Assembly: GCA_951406725.2 (NCBI GenBank)
Contig: OX597823.1
Span: 59,086,001-59,150,000 of the forward strand
DNA length: 64,000 bases
From: Octopus vulgaris
Lineage: Eukaryota
Direction of reading: 5' to 3'
The notes under the pieces are model-generated. The model ran no database searches and had not been told where the DNA came from. It worked only from the letters and a program-made list of their open reading frames with translations. The position numbers and the translations under genes were made by a program. Shown here piece by piece: positions 12,977-25,350 of this stretch; the first letter of the stretch is position 1, and every line of letters begins with the position of its first letter.

Positions 12977-13578
12977 CCTATTTCTTTACTACCCACAAGG
13001 GGCTACACATAAAGAGGACAAACTAGGACAGACAAACGGATTAAGTCGATTATATCGACTCCAATGCGTAACTGGTACTTATTTAATGGAACACGAAAGG
13101 ATGAAAGGCAAAGTCGATCTCGGCGGAATTTGAACTCAGACCGTAACAGCAGACGAAACACCTATTTCTTTACTACTTACAAGGGGTTAAACACAGAGGG
13201 GACAAACTAGGACAGACAAACGGATTAAGTCGATTATATCGATTCCAATGCGTAACTGGTATTTATTTAATCGACCTCGAAAGGATAAAAGGCAAAGTAG
13301 ACCTCGGTGGAATTTGAACACAGAACGTAATGGCAGACGAAATACGGCTACGCATTTCGCCCGGCGTGCTAACGTTTCTGCCAGCTCGCTGTCTTTATAA
13401 TAATAGTAATAATCCGTTACGCTATAGGCACAAGGCCTGGATTTTGTGGAGAGGGGGACAGTCGATCACATCGACATCAGTACTTCATTGGTACTTGATT
13501 TATCGACCCTGAAGTGTTAAAAGGCCAAGTCGACCTCGGTGGAATTTGAACGCAGAACGTAAAGCCCGGCATGCTAAT
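12977..13578 (-). mobile_element. SINE family B cluster with ~184-bp internal tandem duplication
   Basis: The unit starting cctatttctttactac occurs at 12977 and 13161; a further copy lies at ~13415-13578. Confidence 0.88.
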
Positions 13579-14564
13579 GTTAATAATCTCCACCATTTGC
13601 CCTTGTTATCAAGCTCAATGTATTTGCTGTTACTGTATCGTTGTTATTGTCAATTATGCTACTAATTAAATTCTCAATTTTTGCACTGTAGGCGGGAGAG
13701 ACATTGGTAGTTATAAGATGGACGGGTAGGTACATCGCCATTAATTAGGCTGTAGTTTGTACTATAATTTTACGATAGTAATCGTTTCAGGTTTTGTTGA
13801 TGTTGCTGTAGTTGTGGTTTTTGCAGTCAATGAGGGTATTGCTGTAGTCAATGATAGTGTTGCTGTTGTGACTATTATCTTATTATTTGTATTATTGTTC
13901 TTATTGTTGTCGATATCGTCGTCTTAATCATCGACATCGCCGTCCTCTACACCAGTTCTGTTCTAGTTTTGAATTTCCAATTTTGTTGCTGTAAAAATTG
14001 TTATTAGAATGATTGTTGTTATTGTTGTTGTTATCGTTGTCGACATTACTGTTATTGTCGTTGTTAATCTCAATACTCATACATATTTATCTAGTACATA
14101 TTTAAAAACGGTATTTAATCCAAAACAATCTAAATAAAAAAAAATATGACTTATTAACAAACAGACATGGTGGCGAATAAACAATTAGCTACCAACATTG
14201 TCTATTGAAATTGATTGGAATTCTTTTCTTCTTTCTTTCTATATCGAAGCCGCTGTTGGCATTTACTGGAAATTGCTCAGTACAAAGTTCTGGAATAGTA
14301 TTTAATGGCATCAGATCATTTCTCTAAAAATATCAACGCGCGGCTTCTAATTTCCACAAACTGAGAACCCACACTTTCATTACAAAATTGTTTGGCTGTC
14401 ATTGAAGATGTCTTGAAAATTACCTCGTACCGAAGAAGACATTATGCTGTTGACTAAAATCAATACACACTGCGTCCATATGTATATGAGTCTACATGTG
14501 TATATATATATATATATGCACACATAGGTACAAATAGGCAGGCACAGACACACACATATACATA

Positions 14565-14608
<44 letters not shown>

Positions 14609-14622
14609 ATGGATATATATAC

Positions 14623-14653
<31 letters not shown>

Positions 14654-15831
14654 CGTGTGTGTGTGTGTGTGTGTGCGTGTGAGTGAGTGTGTGTGTGTGT
14701 ATATGTGTATATATACGTGTGCGTGTGTTTGTTTCTACGTGTGTGTGTAGATACATACGTATAATATTATGTAACATATATATGTATATATGAAATCAAA
14801 CACGCATATTCACATACACATACACACACACACACACATATATATGACAGTAAACGCTGCGTCCATCATGGTTGACCTGATGCAGTAAATTTATTTTCTA
14901 CACTATTGATACTCAATTCTTCAATCGTGCTTTTGTACTTAATGCTCCATCCCGGCATCCATAAACTATTTGAAAATATTGAAGGTTTGGGATAAGACAT
15001 GTTGAAATATACTTTATATAACTTTATCTCTACCTTTTATTCAAAAGAAAATGACTCTGTAAACTTTAAAACAGATAAACAAATATAGTTTTTCATTCAA
15101 CGTTCTCTTTCATCTCACTCGCTCACATCTTCTTTACTTTCACTTTCTGTCTCTCTGAGTCTGTTTCACACTCAGTTTCTTTCTTCTATTTTTACTTTCC
15201 TGATACCATTGTTCTTCCTATCGTTGTTACTATTATTGCTGTCGTTGTAACGGTGGAGAATTAGCAGAATCGCCATAACTTCGAACAAAATAGCTTGACA
15301 TTCACAGTTCAGTTCTCGACAACGTTAAATCTGCCATTCAAACTTTCATGATCGTTAAAATAAAGTAACAGTCAAACCCTCTGTCTGTCTGTCCCCACCC
15401 CACTCTCTCTCTCTCTCTCTCTCTCCCTCATCCTCAAGATTTCTTGTCTAAATCAGAAATCATTATTGCCATTGTTGTTACTGGGTTTGGTTGGTGGGGA
15501 GGCAGGCTGATTGTTGTGAGCGAGGTACTTTGGTAGATCCAGAAACCGATGGTTGGGAAGCGAGCTTCTTACCATAAAGCCACACCTGTTCCTCTGTATT
15601 ACTATACGTATATCGACATGGTATATATATTTCAATGCAATTATTTGATTAACATTTTTCAAAAGATTTCTCTATGCATGAAGTTATATATTATACATTA
15701 ATGCAAATGCGAGATTATTAATGATGTTATGCGAGGAGCTTATTCTTAAAAAGATATATTTACTTACAAATTTTGAACGTAATGCTTGAAATTGCATTTT
15801 TGTCTATACCAATACTTTCTATAATGAAGTT

Positions 15832-15864
<33 letters not shown>

Positions 15865-16404
15865 GTGAATGCATGTATATGCAATTTTGTATGCAATTGA
15901 CATACATGCAATGAGCATACATACCATTTTGTATACAAAAGGCATACATAGGTTCTTCTCATATTCTATTTCAACTTAAGTACCCAATACAAACTTACAA
16001 CAGACTTTACACACTTATATCACAGGTGTGCATTGAACACAGATTTTTAAAATATAAAACGCAAACACCATACACACACGCACACACACGTTCGCACACA
16101 CACACACACACACACGCGCGCATATGAATACATATGTACGTGAGCGCTAACTCTTTTATGTTTGAATGTATGATGCGACAGTGTTTAGAATATATATTTA
16201 ATATGTATGATGTTTAGAATATCTTTAAATATCCGTATTTACCTTTTAAGCATCTGGTCTTGTTGAAGCAAATACCAGTTATAAACCGCTTGTTATATTA
16301 CTCAATCAACCGCAATTCTTTTTAATGAAAACCAAGAAGAAAAAAAAACTACTGTTCTATGAAAGAATGACTCACGATTACGATTATTTTTATTATGAAT
16401 GCTT

Positions 16405-16466
<62 letters not shown>

Positions 16467-17181
16467 GAATTCACTTAATAATGATTGATAAACCAAGTCA
16501 GTAATTAAGAAAAAATATCAGGCCCAAGTTTGAAAAGTCGCTATTTCATTCAGCCATGTTTTAAGATTATCATCAGCGAAAACGAAGGAAAAATCAAATA
16601 TTATCTAAATCTGAAGAAATGTCAATATTGTACGGCTCCCTTGAGTACGTGTTAGTGTTCGTGCTTCACATGACAATGTGTATGTATTAACAAGTTTGTC
16701 GCTGGAGATATGATATTAAACGAAAGTTATCTGCTTTGTTCTCAGCAATCTTGCTTTGGTTTAACAATATTTACATGTGTACAGTCCCACATGCTGATAC
16801 AGATTATGCAATCTGGAATGCTGCCAACATCTTGATGGAAGAGTGCTTTACTTGCTTTAGGCCTATTTAATTAACACACACTGCTGCTTTTATCAACACC
16901 ATCTCCTCAATACTTTTCTTGAAGATTTCATTGCATTTTTCTCTGTTACTTGCCTTAAATCAATATGACTTAATTATTTCGAGGATGGTAACTTGGCAGA
17001 CACAGTGGCGTGTTTGACTAAATGCATTATGCTATTATTCAGTCTCAAATATTAGGATTCAAAGTTCAAATCCAATTCGCTTTCCACATCTTGCGTTGTT
17101 ATTGTGTTGTTGTTGATTGCCATATCAACCAGGATTAACCAGACCTATGGTTAAGAACATTCGAGTCAAGATCAATCAGCT

Positions 17182-17279
<98 letters not shown>

Positions 17280-17339
17280 GTCTGTCTATCTGTCTCTCTC
17301 TCTATATATATATATCTATAGATAGATAGATAGATAGAT

Positions 17340-17545
17340 GTGACCGCATGCGTACCGTTGGCGATTTTTTTCCTCTGTCTTCCCTTCTCTGAATCTTTCC
17401 TTCTCCTATGTCTCCGACGAAGAGCTCGGCTCGAAACGTTGAACCCTCCTTCTTTCCTTCCTGTCTGAGCGTATAATAATACTATATTTGTTCCACGTCC
17501 TCGTGTTGTGTCTTTTTGTGCTTTCTTGTTTGGATTAACTTTTTA
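17340..17545 (+). mobile_element. Penelope-like terminal (pLTR) relic with degenerate hammerhead-like core
   Basis: GTCT-CCGACGA-AGAGCTCGGCTC-GAAA-CGTT-GAAC at 17410-17444; the element ends in (TA)n. Confidence 0.6.
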
Positions 17546-18266
17546 TATATATATATATAGTTATAGTATCATCCGTTAGGAACATGAGAGAGCACAGTTT
17601 ATAGCTCCTCGACCTCAGAATTACCCAGTACTATCCGGTAGCATTATTATATACTTTCAGGTTTATGTTTGGGTATGAATAAAAAATTGAAGAAACGAGT
17701 CAACAAAGAGTACGGTTGAACAGTTGTTTTCTAATCACTACAGTTGTTTCTACCCAACGTGGTTCTCCAAATATACAGGTATTTGATTATGCAACTGGCT
17801 GTTTGCATAATGAGATCTAGTTGTATTTCCTCAGGTGATATTTAAGTGTTCCGTTAGTTTAAAATCATCGAATTCAAGGCCATCCCCTCCATCCGTCTTG
17901 GTTTGAATTCTGCAGCAGTTGGGAGATTCATGTTGTTTGGTGACAGAGTGTGTTTGTTGGACTGCTATGAGTGGTAGTGGATGGCTGTTTTGGTACTGCC
18001 TGATTGATGACCTGTTCTTCATGGTTGGTTGCATATGCGAATTCTCTTAGCTGACCTTCAGTATTCAGTAGTCAGTAGTCGGCTACACACACACACATAC
18101 ACACACAGAATCTTATATATGCCCTCAAACACACAAACAAACCTATGTATATATACCTGTATATATACACAAATACGCTCAAATATACACACATATACAT
18201 CCATGTATACATGTACACACATACATACACACAGAGTCCCACACATATACTCCCAAACAAAACCAA

Positions 18267-18750
18267 AAGTCCTGGTGTCAATTCATTTGATAAAAAAGAT
18301 TCTCCAAGGCGGTGCCCTTGCATGGTCGCTGTCTCGTGACTGAAACAAGTAAAAGATAAAAGATAAAGATAAAAAAACATATACAAAGGCGCAGGAGTGG
18401 CTGTATGGTAAGTAGATTGCTTCCAACCACATGGTTCCGGGTTTAGTCCCATTGCGTGGCACTTTGGGCAAGTGTCTTCTACTATAGCCTGAGGCCGACC
18501 AAAGCCTTGTGAGTGGATTTGGTAGGCGGAAACTGAAAGAAACACGTATATATATATATTTGTGTGTGTGTGTTTGTGTTTCTGTGTCTGTCCCCACACC
18601 AGATGCTGGTGTGCTTACCTCCCCGTAACTTAGCGGTTCGGAAAAGGGGATCGTTAGAATAAGTACATGGCTTACAAAGATTAAGTCCTGGGATCTATTT
18701 GCTCGACTAAAGGTGGGGCCCTAGCATGGCCGCAGTCAAATGACTGAGAC
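18267..18750 (+). mobile_element. SINE family A: tail fragment (18267-18375) plus full-length copy from 18388
   Basis: ggcgcaggagtggctgtatggtaag head at 18388; (AAAGAT)n tail upstream. Confidence 0.9.
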
Positions 18751-18949
18751 ATATAGGCCCCTCATCTTAGACACCTTAAGATTTTACGATCTTGTTGTTG
18801 GTTACCCTAACACTTAAACCACGCTCCTTCACCGAATATAAGAGAACGAAATAGTAAAAGCGCAGTCATGAATGTTTCGATAAAAGTATGCATTGGGATG
18901 TTAGCCGATTGGAAGTAGCAGGAAATTAGTCTGAACGCGTGCCAGAAGT

Positions 18950-19170
18950 CGTGTTAGAATAAGGAATACAAGGCAGCATAAGATAAACTTTGAAGAGCTG
19001 TATGAAAATATGACAGTTACTCCTGTAGTAATTGGTGCACTTGGTACGTCACCAAAACAACTACGTAAGAGGCAGAGGTATATAGAACAGAGACTCGCAT
19101 TGCCGATCTGCATAAAAGTACAATCCTATATTCTTCAAGAATTCTACGAAAGATTCTTGAGATTTCAGGA
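18950..19170 (+). mobile_element. R4/Dong-like LINE extreme C-terminal fragment
   Basis: 'MTVTPVVIGALGTSPKQL', then 'STILYSSRILRKILEI' in a shifted frame. Confidence 0.7.
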
Positions 19171-19289
19171 GAGTCATCAAAATTCAACACTACATACTTG
19201 CTAAATTATAAACCATGAAATAGTATTTGAGCAAGACATTTTATATTACGTTATTCCAGTTTCCTCATCTGGAAAGTATGAGTCGCACC

Positions 19290-19470
19290 TATATTTGAAA
19301 GGGTCAACCTTATCACACTCTTTGTCATGCTGAATCTCTAAGACAACTATGTTAAGGGTACACGTGTCTGTGGAGTGGTCAGCTACTTGGACGTTAATTT
19401 CACGAGTAGGCTGTTCCGTTGATCGGATCAACTGAAACCCTCGTTGTCGTTACCGACGGAGTACCAGTAT
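19290..19470 (+). mobile_element. SINE-like 3' module, also present decayed at ~24835-24990
   Basis: ttaagggtacacgtgtctgtggagtggtcagc...gttgatcggatcaactg aligns with ttaaggacacacgtgtttgacgaatgatcagc...gttgaccgaacaatt. Confidence 0.55.
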
Positions 19471-19483
19471 GCATACATACATA

Positions 19484-19621
19484 CACATGGTTCCGGGTTC
19501 AGTCCCACTGCGTGGCATCTTGGGCAAGTGTCTTCTGCTATAGCCCCGGGACGACCAAAGCCTTGTGAGTGGATTTGATAGATGGAAAGAAAGAAGCCTG
19601 TCGTATATATGTATATATATA

Positions 19622-19670
<49 letters not shown>

Positions 19671-19863
19671 ATCCCCCTAGCATTGCTTGACAACCGATGC
19701 TGGTGTATTTACGTCCCCGTCACTTAAAGGTTCGGCAAAAGAGACCGATAGAATAAGTACTGGGCGTACAAAGAATAAGTCCCGGGGTCGATTTGCTCGA
19801 ACAAAGGCGGTGCTCCAGCATGGCCGCAGTCAAATGACTGAAACAAGTAAAAGAGTAAGAGAG
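19484..19863 (+). mobile_element. SINE family A, 5'-truncated
   Basis: Highly similar to 8112-8480. Confidence 0.9.
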
Positions 19864-20179
19864 TGTGTATGTTTGTGTGTGTGCAATTATGAAAAAATAA
19901 GGGAAACAATCAGAAATTTCTGATGAAAGAATCTTTGTTTCGTTTTGTTCTTCATTTTGCAGTTGATGTTGTTGTTGTTGTAATCACTACTGTTATTGAC
20001 ATTCACGCTAGTAGTAGTGGCTGTCATAGTGAGGGGGGTAACAGCGATAGAGATGTGGCGACAGTGGTGTTGGTACTGTAGTTCAGGATATCTTTACAAT
20101 TTCTAATATTTCAAAAATAGAAATTTCTTTGCAATATTTTCCGTGTCTCCCAGATTTATGCTTTCTTATAATAATGCAT

Positions 20180-20231
<52 letters not shown>

Positions 20232-20429
20232 TGCATATATTATGGAGATGTACTTACATAGCAAGTGACCTGATCTGACATCGTGTGCTGGAACGAAAAC
20301 AATTGCAGCGTGGAAGGTGTTTATAAGCCACTTAAACACCCAAAATCCATTAGATTCACTTCAACATTTAAATTTTAATTTGTCAAAATATTTTCTTCGC
20401 TTTGTGATTGCGACCTCTTCAACTAAAGC

Positions 20430-20638
20430 GTTTAGAAGGGTCGTTAGCACGCCTGACGAAATGCTAAACAGTATTTACGCCCGTCCCTACGTTCTGAGTT
20501 CAAATTCCGCCGTGGTCGACTTTTCCTTTCATCTTTTCGGGGTCGATAAATTAACTACTAATGAAATGCTAGGGTCGATATACAGGACTTGTCCCCTCCC
20601 ACAGAATGTGAGGCCTGTGCTTCCAGTAGAAAGGATAT
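20430..20638 (+). mobile_element. SINE family B
   Basis: cgttagcacgcc...gttctgagttcaaattccgccgtggtcgac...aggcctgtgcttccagtagaaaggat. Confidence 0.85.
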
Positions 20639-20709
20639 TTAATTATATTTATATATATGTGTGTATATGTATGTATTTATGAATGTAAGTATGCATATAT
20701 ATCTTTTAA

Positions 20710-20907
20710 ATTTTACTTATTGTAGTCACTAGACCGTGGCCATGTTGGGGCACCGTCTAGAAAAATAGTTCTTTAGTCGAATGTACTGAGATCAATAATA
20801 GCTTTTTTCTGAAAAGTTGCTACTTATTCTACTGGTCACTTTTTCCGAACCGTTTTGTTATGCGGACGTAAATACACCAACAACGGTTATCAGGCTGTCG
20901 TGTGGAT
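20710..20907 (-). mobile_element. SINE family A, 3' half
   Basis: Reverse complement of the SINE-A tail (ccgtggccatg...tacttattct...ccgaaccg...gacgtaaatacacc). Confidence 0.75.
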
Positions 20908-21035
20908 GACAAACACAGACACAAGGACACACACATAAAGACAAACACAGACACAAGGACACACACATAAAGACAAACACAGACACAAGGACACACACAT
21001 AAAGACAAACACAGACACAAGGACACACACATAAA
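20908..21035. repeat. Perfect 32-bp minisatellite x4
   Basis: GACAAACACAGACACAAGGACACACACATAAA at 20908, 20940, 20972 and 21004. Confidence 0.95.
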
Positions 21036-21036
21036 G

Positions 21037-21104
<68 letters not shown>

Positions 21105-21593
21105 GCATACATATATATGTTTATATGCAATGTATATTACATGTGTAACTATGTATACGTTTCTATTCTTTATATATACGTATACATACGTAGGTACGTG
21201 TACTTATATGTGTATATGTATGTATGTATGTATATGCAAACATACATACATGCATACAAACATACATACATAGATGCATACATACTTGCATACATCATGC
21301 ATACATGCAAAAGTAGATACAAACAAACATACATATATAAATAAGTATATCGTGTACTTAGATCCTAAGATATAAATATTTGAAATCATAATGCCGCTTG
21401 GTTCTCTAGATTTGGAAGGTGTTTCCCCCTCCTCTCTCTCTCTCTCTCTTTAATCTTATCCTTTATTTTCTGTACATGTCATTCTGTTCCAGGGTATTTT
21501 TGCCAAACTCGCATCCATAGACATTCTCGTACACTCACACAGACGTATATAAACGCTTGTCTTTATGTGTTTGTGTGTATGGTTGTGTGTGAG

Positions 21594-21638
<45 letters not shown>

Positions 21639-21953
21639 GTGCATATATGTGTGTGTGTGTGTGTGTATGTTATGTATATATGGGGTAGGTATGTGTTAGG
21701 GTTATGCGTGATTGTTTGTAAGTTTGGATCTGTGTGTGAGTGAATGCAGTAATCTCACTGAAGATAAACAGTTTGAAATCACTAAGGTTTACTGCCAACC
21801 TCCTTTGTAACACATAGCAATAAATTGGCACAAGTTTGTCGCGTTTTTTTCTTATTTATTTATGACTATTCAATTGTTATAACTATATATATATGTGTGT
21901 ATGTGCTTGTCTCTCCCTGTGTATGTATCTTATGTATAGACATACATGTATAC

Positions 21954-22311
<358 letters not shown>

Positions 22312-23096
22312 ATATTATATATATTGTGCATTGTATTTAGCGGTGTTTCAATTGTTGTTAATGCATCTGTAGTGTCCTCATCGAAATATCATCATGATTC
22401 ATGTTTTGAAATTCATGTGATGGATATTTTTTTACGTTTTTTAAATCTTTTTTTTGTTTTTGCTTTCCTTGCTTATTGTTCTCGTGTTATTATCTCTTTC
22501 AAAAGTTTCTAATGTAGATATATAATGTATAACTTCTTTTGGTCGAGATGATTAATATTTCAATCTGAGATTGTCTTCATCATGCTGTACTAATTAAACA
22601 ATATAATCATTGTTTTTACATCACTGCGTTACTCTTTGTAAGTTATTTTTATATTATTTTTGTTTTGCCTGTGTTTTTTTGTTTTTTGTAGGTCTTAGTT
22701 CCATCCCAGGTCAAGTTTTTTTTTTCCTTTTGAGCATATTCATGAATTAACATATTTAAACTAATTAGTTTGTCTTTTTGAGGTTTATTTACGTACAACT
22801 GTTCGAAACGTCGAAATTACTCTCTGTGTATTTCATCCTATCAGCGTAAATGTACAAAAGAAAAAAAAAACAACCTAAAATAAAAATATATATATATATA
22901 TATATTCTATACTATTATGTACAGTCGTTTTTATTTTTTTTGTTTCTGACTTTTTATTCATTATTTAATACTACATTATACAATAGATATCCTTCTTTCG
23001 TTGTTATCTCTGTTGTTACGTGGCTTCAGGACCACAATGAAATTTGACTGCTTTTTCCAGCAGCGACTATGATTTCTTTGTTTTGCTTTATCAGGT

Positions 23097-23122
<26 letters not shown>

Positions 23123-23132
<10 letters not shown>

Positions 23133-23404
23133 TAAATTAGAGATAAAACCACTATTAGGCAAATCATACAATGAAAAACTTAAGCCAATACATAAGATTA
23201 ATTAATTTATATTATTTTAAATATATATCAAAATTATTAACAAAAGATAATTAGTATAACACTACGATTATACTAATTATCTTTTTTTAATAATTTTGAT
23301 ATATATTTAAAATAATATAAATTAATTAATCTTATGTATTGGCTTAAGTTTTTCATTGTATGATTTGCCTAATAGTGGTTTTATCTCTAATTTAATATAA
23401 TATA
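23123..23404. repeat. Near-perfect palindrome (137-bp arms, 8-nt loop, 1 mismatch)
   Basis: 23123-23259 is the reverse complement of 23268-23404; loop CACTACGA. Confidence 0.97.
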
Positions 23405-23479
23405 ATATTTTACTATAAAATTGGATTCAATCCTAAATCTGATTTTTCCCTGTAAGTTTGGATTTATTCCCTAATATTT

Positions 23480-23591
<112 letters not shown>

Positions 23592-25062
23592 GACCCTCTC
23601 TTAAAAACAGTGATTAATGACATGTTTGACTGCTATTTCTAGTAAATCGAATGTATCACTTGACTCCGGTCAGACTTGACTTAAGTGTTCTGTAGTAGCA
23701 CATTGTGAGATGACTAAATAATTTGGTGTGACCTAATACATACTTCTTCTGACAGACCTTGCTTGCCTCTTTCAGTTGATGATACTGCACACTCTGATAC
23801 ATACTAGTTGTTGTTATTGTTGTTGTGCGGCCAGGACTTTGATAACACGTGGTCCTGCAGTGACTATGATTTCTTTGTACATATCTAGAACTACATGGGC
23901 GAATGAATTTTCCTTTATTTAAGACATCAGACAGATTTTGAACTACGTAACCATCAACCTTCTTCCCCATCAGTTAGCATCTGCCATGCTTCAGTATCAT
24001 TTTGGAAGAAGACTTCTATATTTGACTTAGAGTATACTCCAGAATAATAATAATAATACTGAGCTATAAAGTAAAGGGACATTTAACATACTTTCTTAAT
24101 TGATGAGTACACGCATGAGCAAACTCTAGCGTGGGCGTGCGCGCGCATGTGTGCACGTGAGTATGTGTATGTCTGTGTATGTGTGTGCATGTCTTTGTCG
24201 ACCTTTGAACGTATGGTAACCTAGTTTTTCATCGGTATCACAAGAGTCTGACATTCAATAGATCTGAGTTTCTACTCTTGTGGTGGTTTTTATTCTTGCT
24301 TTTCTGTCAGGCTACCCTTTTATAAGTATTATGTCTGTCTATCTATCTATCTATCTATCTATCTATTTGTCTATCTATCTATCTATCTATCTATCTAACA
24401 AACAAACAAAGTGTATTTGTTTGACGCTCAGGTAAAATGGAAGAGACTTTCATGTTTCGAGTCTACGCTCTTCTGCAGAAAGGAATGAAGAGACACAGGG
24501 AAAACAGAGATAGATAAATACATACATACTTACATTATATACATACATACATACATACATACATGCACACATATATGTATATGGACTTTATACACATACA
24601 CACATACATGCGCACTACACACACAGATATGTAAGCGCAGTATGGTCTAGCTAATTTCCAATAGCTAATTTCGCTTTGTATTCATGATATCCAGGGCTCG
24701 ATCCCACAGTATGGCATCTTGGACAAACGTAATTTTCCACAACCTTCAGTCGACCCATGGCATGTAATTATAATTGATGAGACGGAAGAGTAGAAGCGAG
24801 TCGAGTGGATTGTACTTATCATTTGAAAGAGAATAACGTTGTCATCTACTAAATCACGTTGATTTGTCTGGGAAATATTTTAAGGACACACGTGTTTGAC
24901 GAATGATCAGCATTTTACACTTAAATTTAGGAGTGAGTAATTCAGTTGACCGAACAATTAAATCTTCGCTGTTGGAAGATGGAGATCCACAACCGAATGA
25001 AGTCTAACGCTGGAATATTTCAAGCACTGTGCTATTAGCACACAAATACACCCAAACTTGCG

Positions 25063-25350
25063 TACACAGGACCCGAAGGTACTGTAATCCAAGAATCACA
25101 GACAGTGAGAGACTTGGGGATCAGTATATTTGATGCTGCATCATTTCATATGCACATTACTATGATGGTAACACAGTGCAGACAACTAGTGGGATGGGTA
25201 CTAAAGTCCTCCAAGACAAGAGGCGAAGACGTCATATTGACCCTGTATACGATCTTTTGTTTTTAGCCGCCTGGACTACTGCTGTTAGCTGTGGTCATCA
25301 CTATGTGATGACCTTCAAGAGGACCTTGAAGTGATCCAACGTTATTACAT
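25063..25350 (+). mobile_element. CR1-group LINE RT C-terminal fragment, pseudogenised
   Basis: 'YTGPEGTVIQESQTVRDLGI....SFHMHI......CRQLVGWVL...KTR....ILTLY...SRLDYCC*LWS....DLEVIQR' fits the CR1 RDLGV...HI...LDYCS.VWSP...LE.VQR pattern. Confidence 0.8.

Noticed and set aside
20908-21035. 32-bp repeats as a CRISPR array
   Set aside because: The units are contiguous with no unique spacers, derive from SINE sequence, and there are no cas genes in this eukaryotic DNA.
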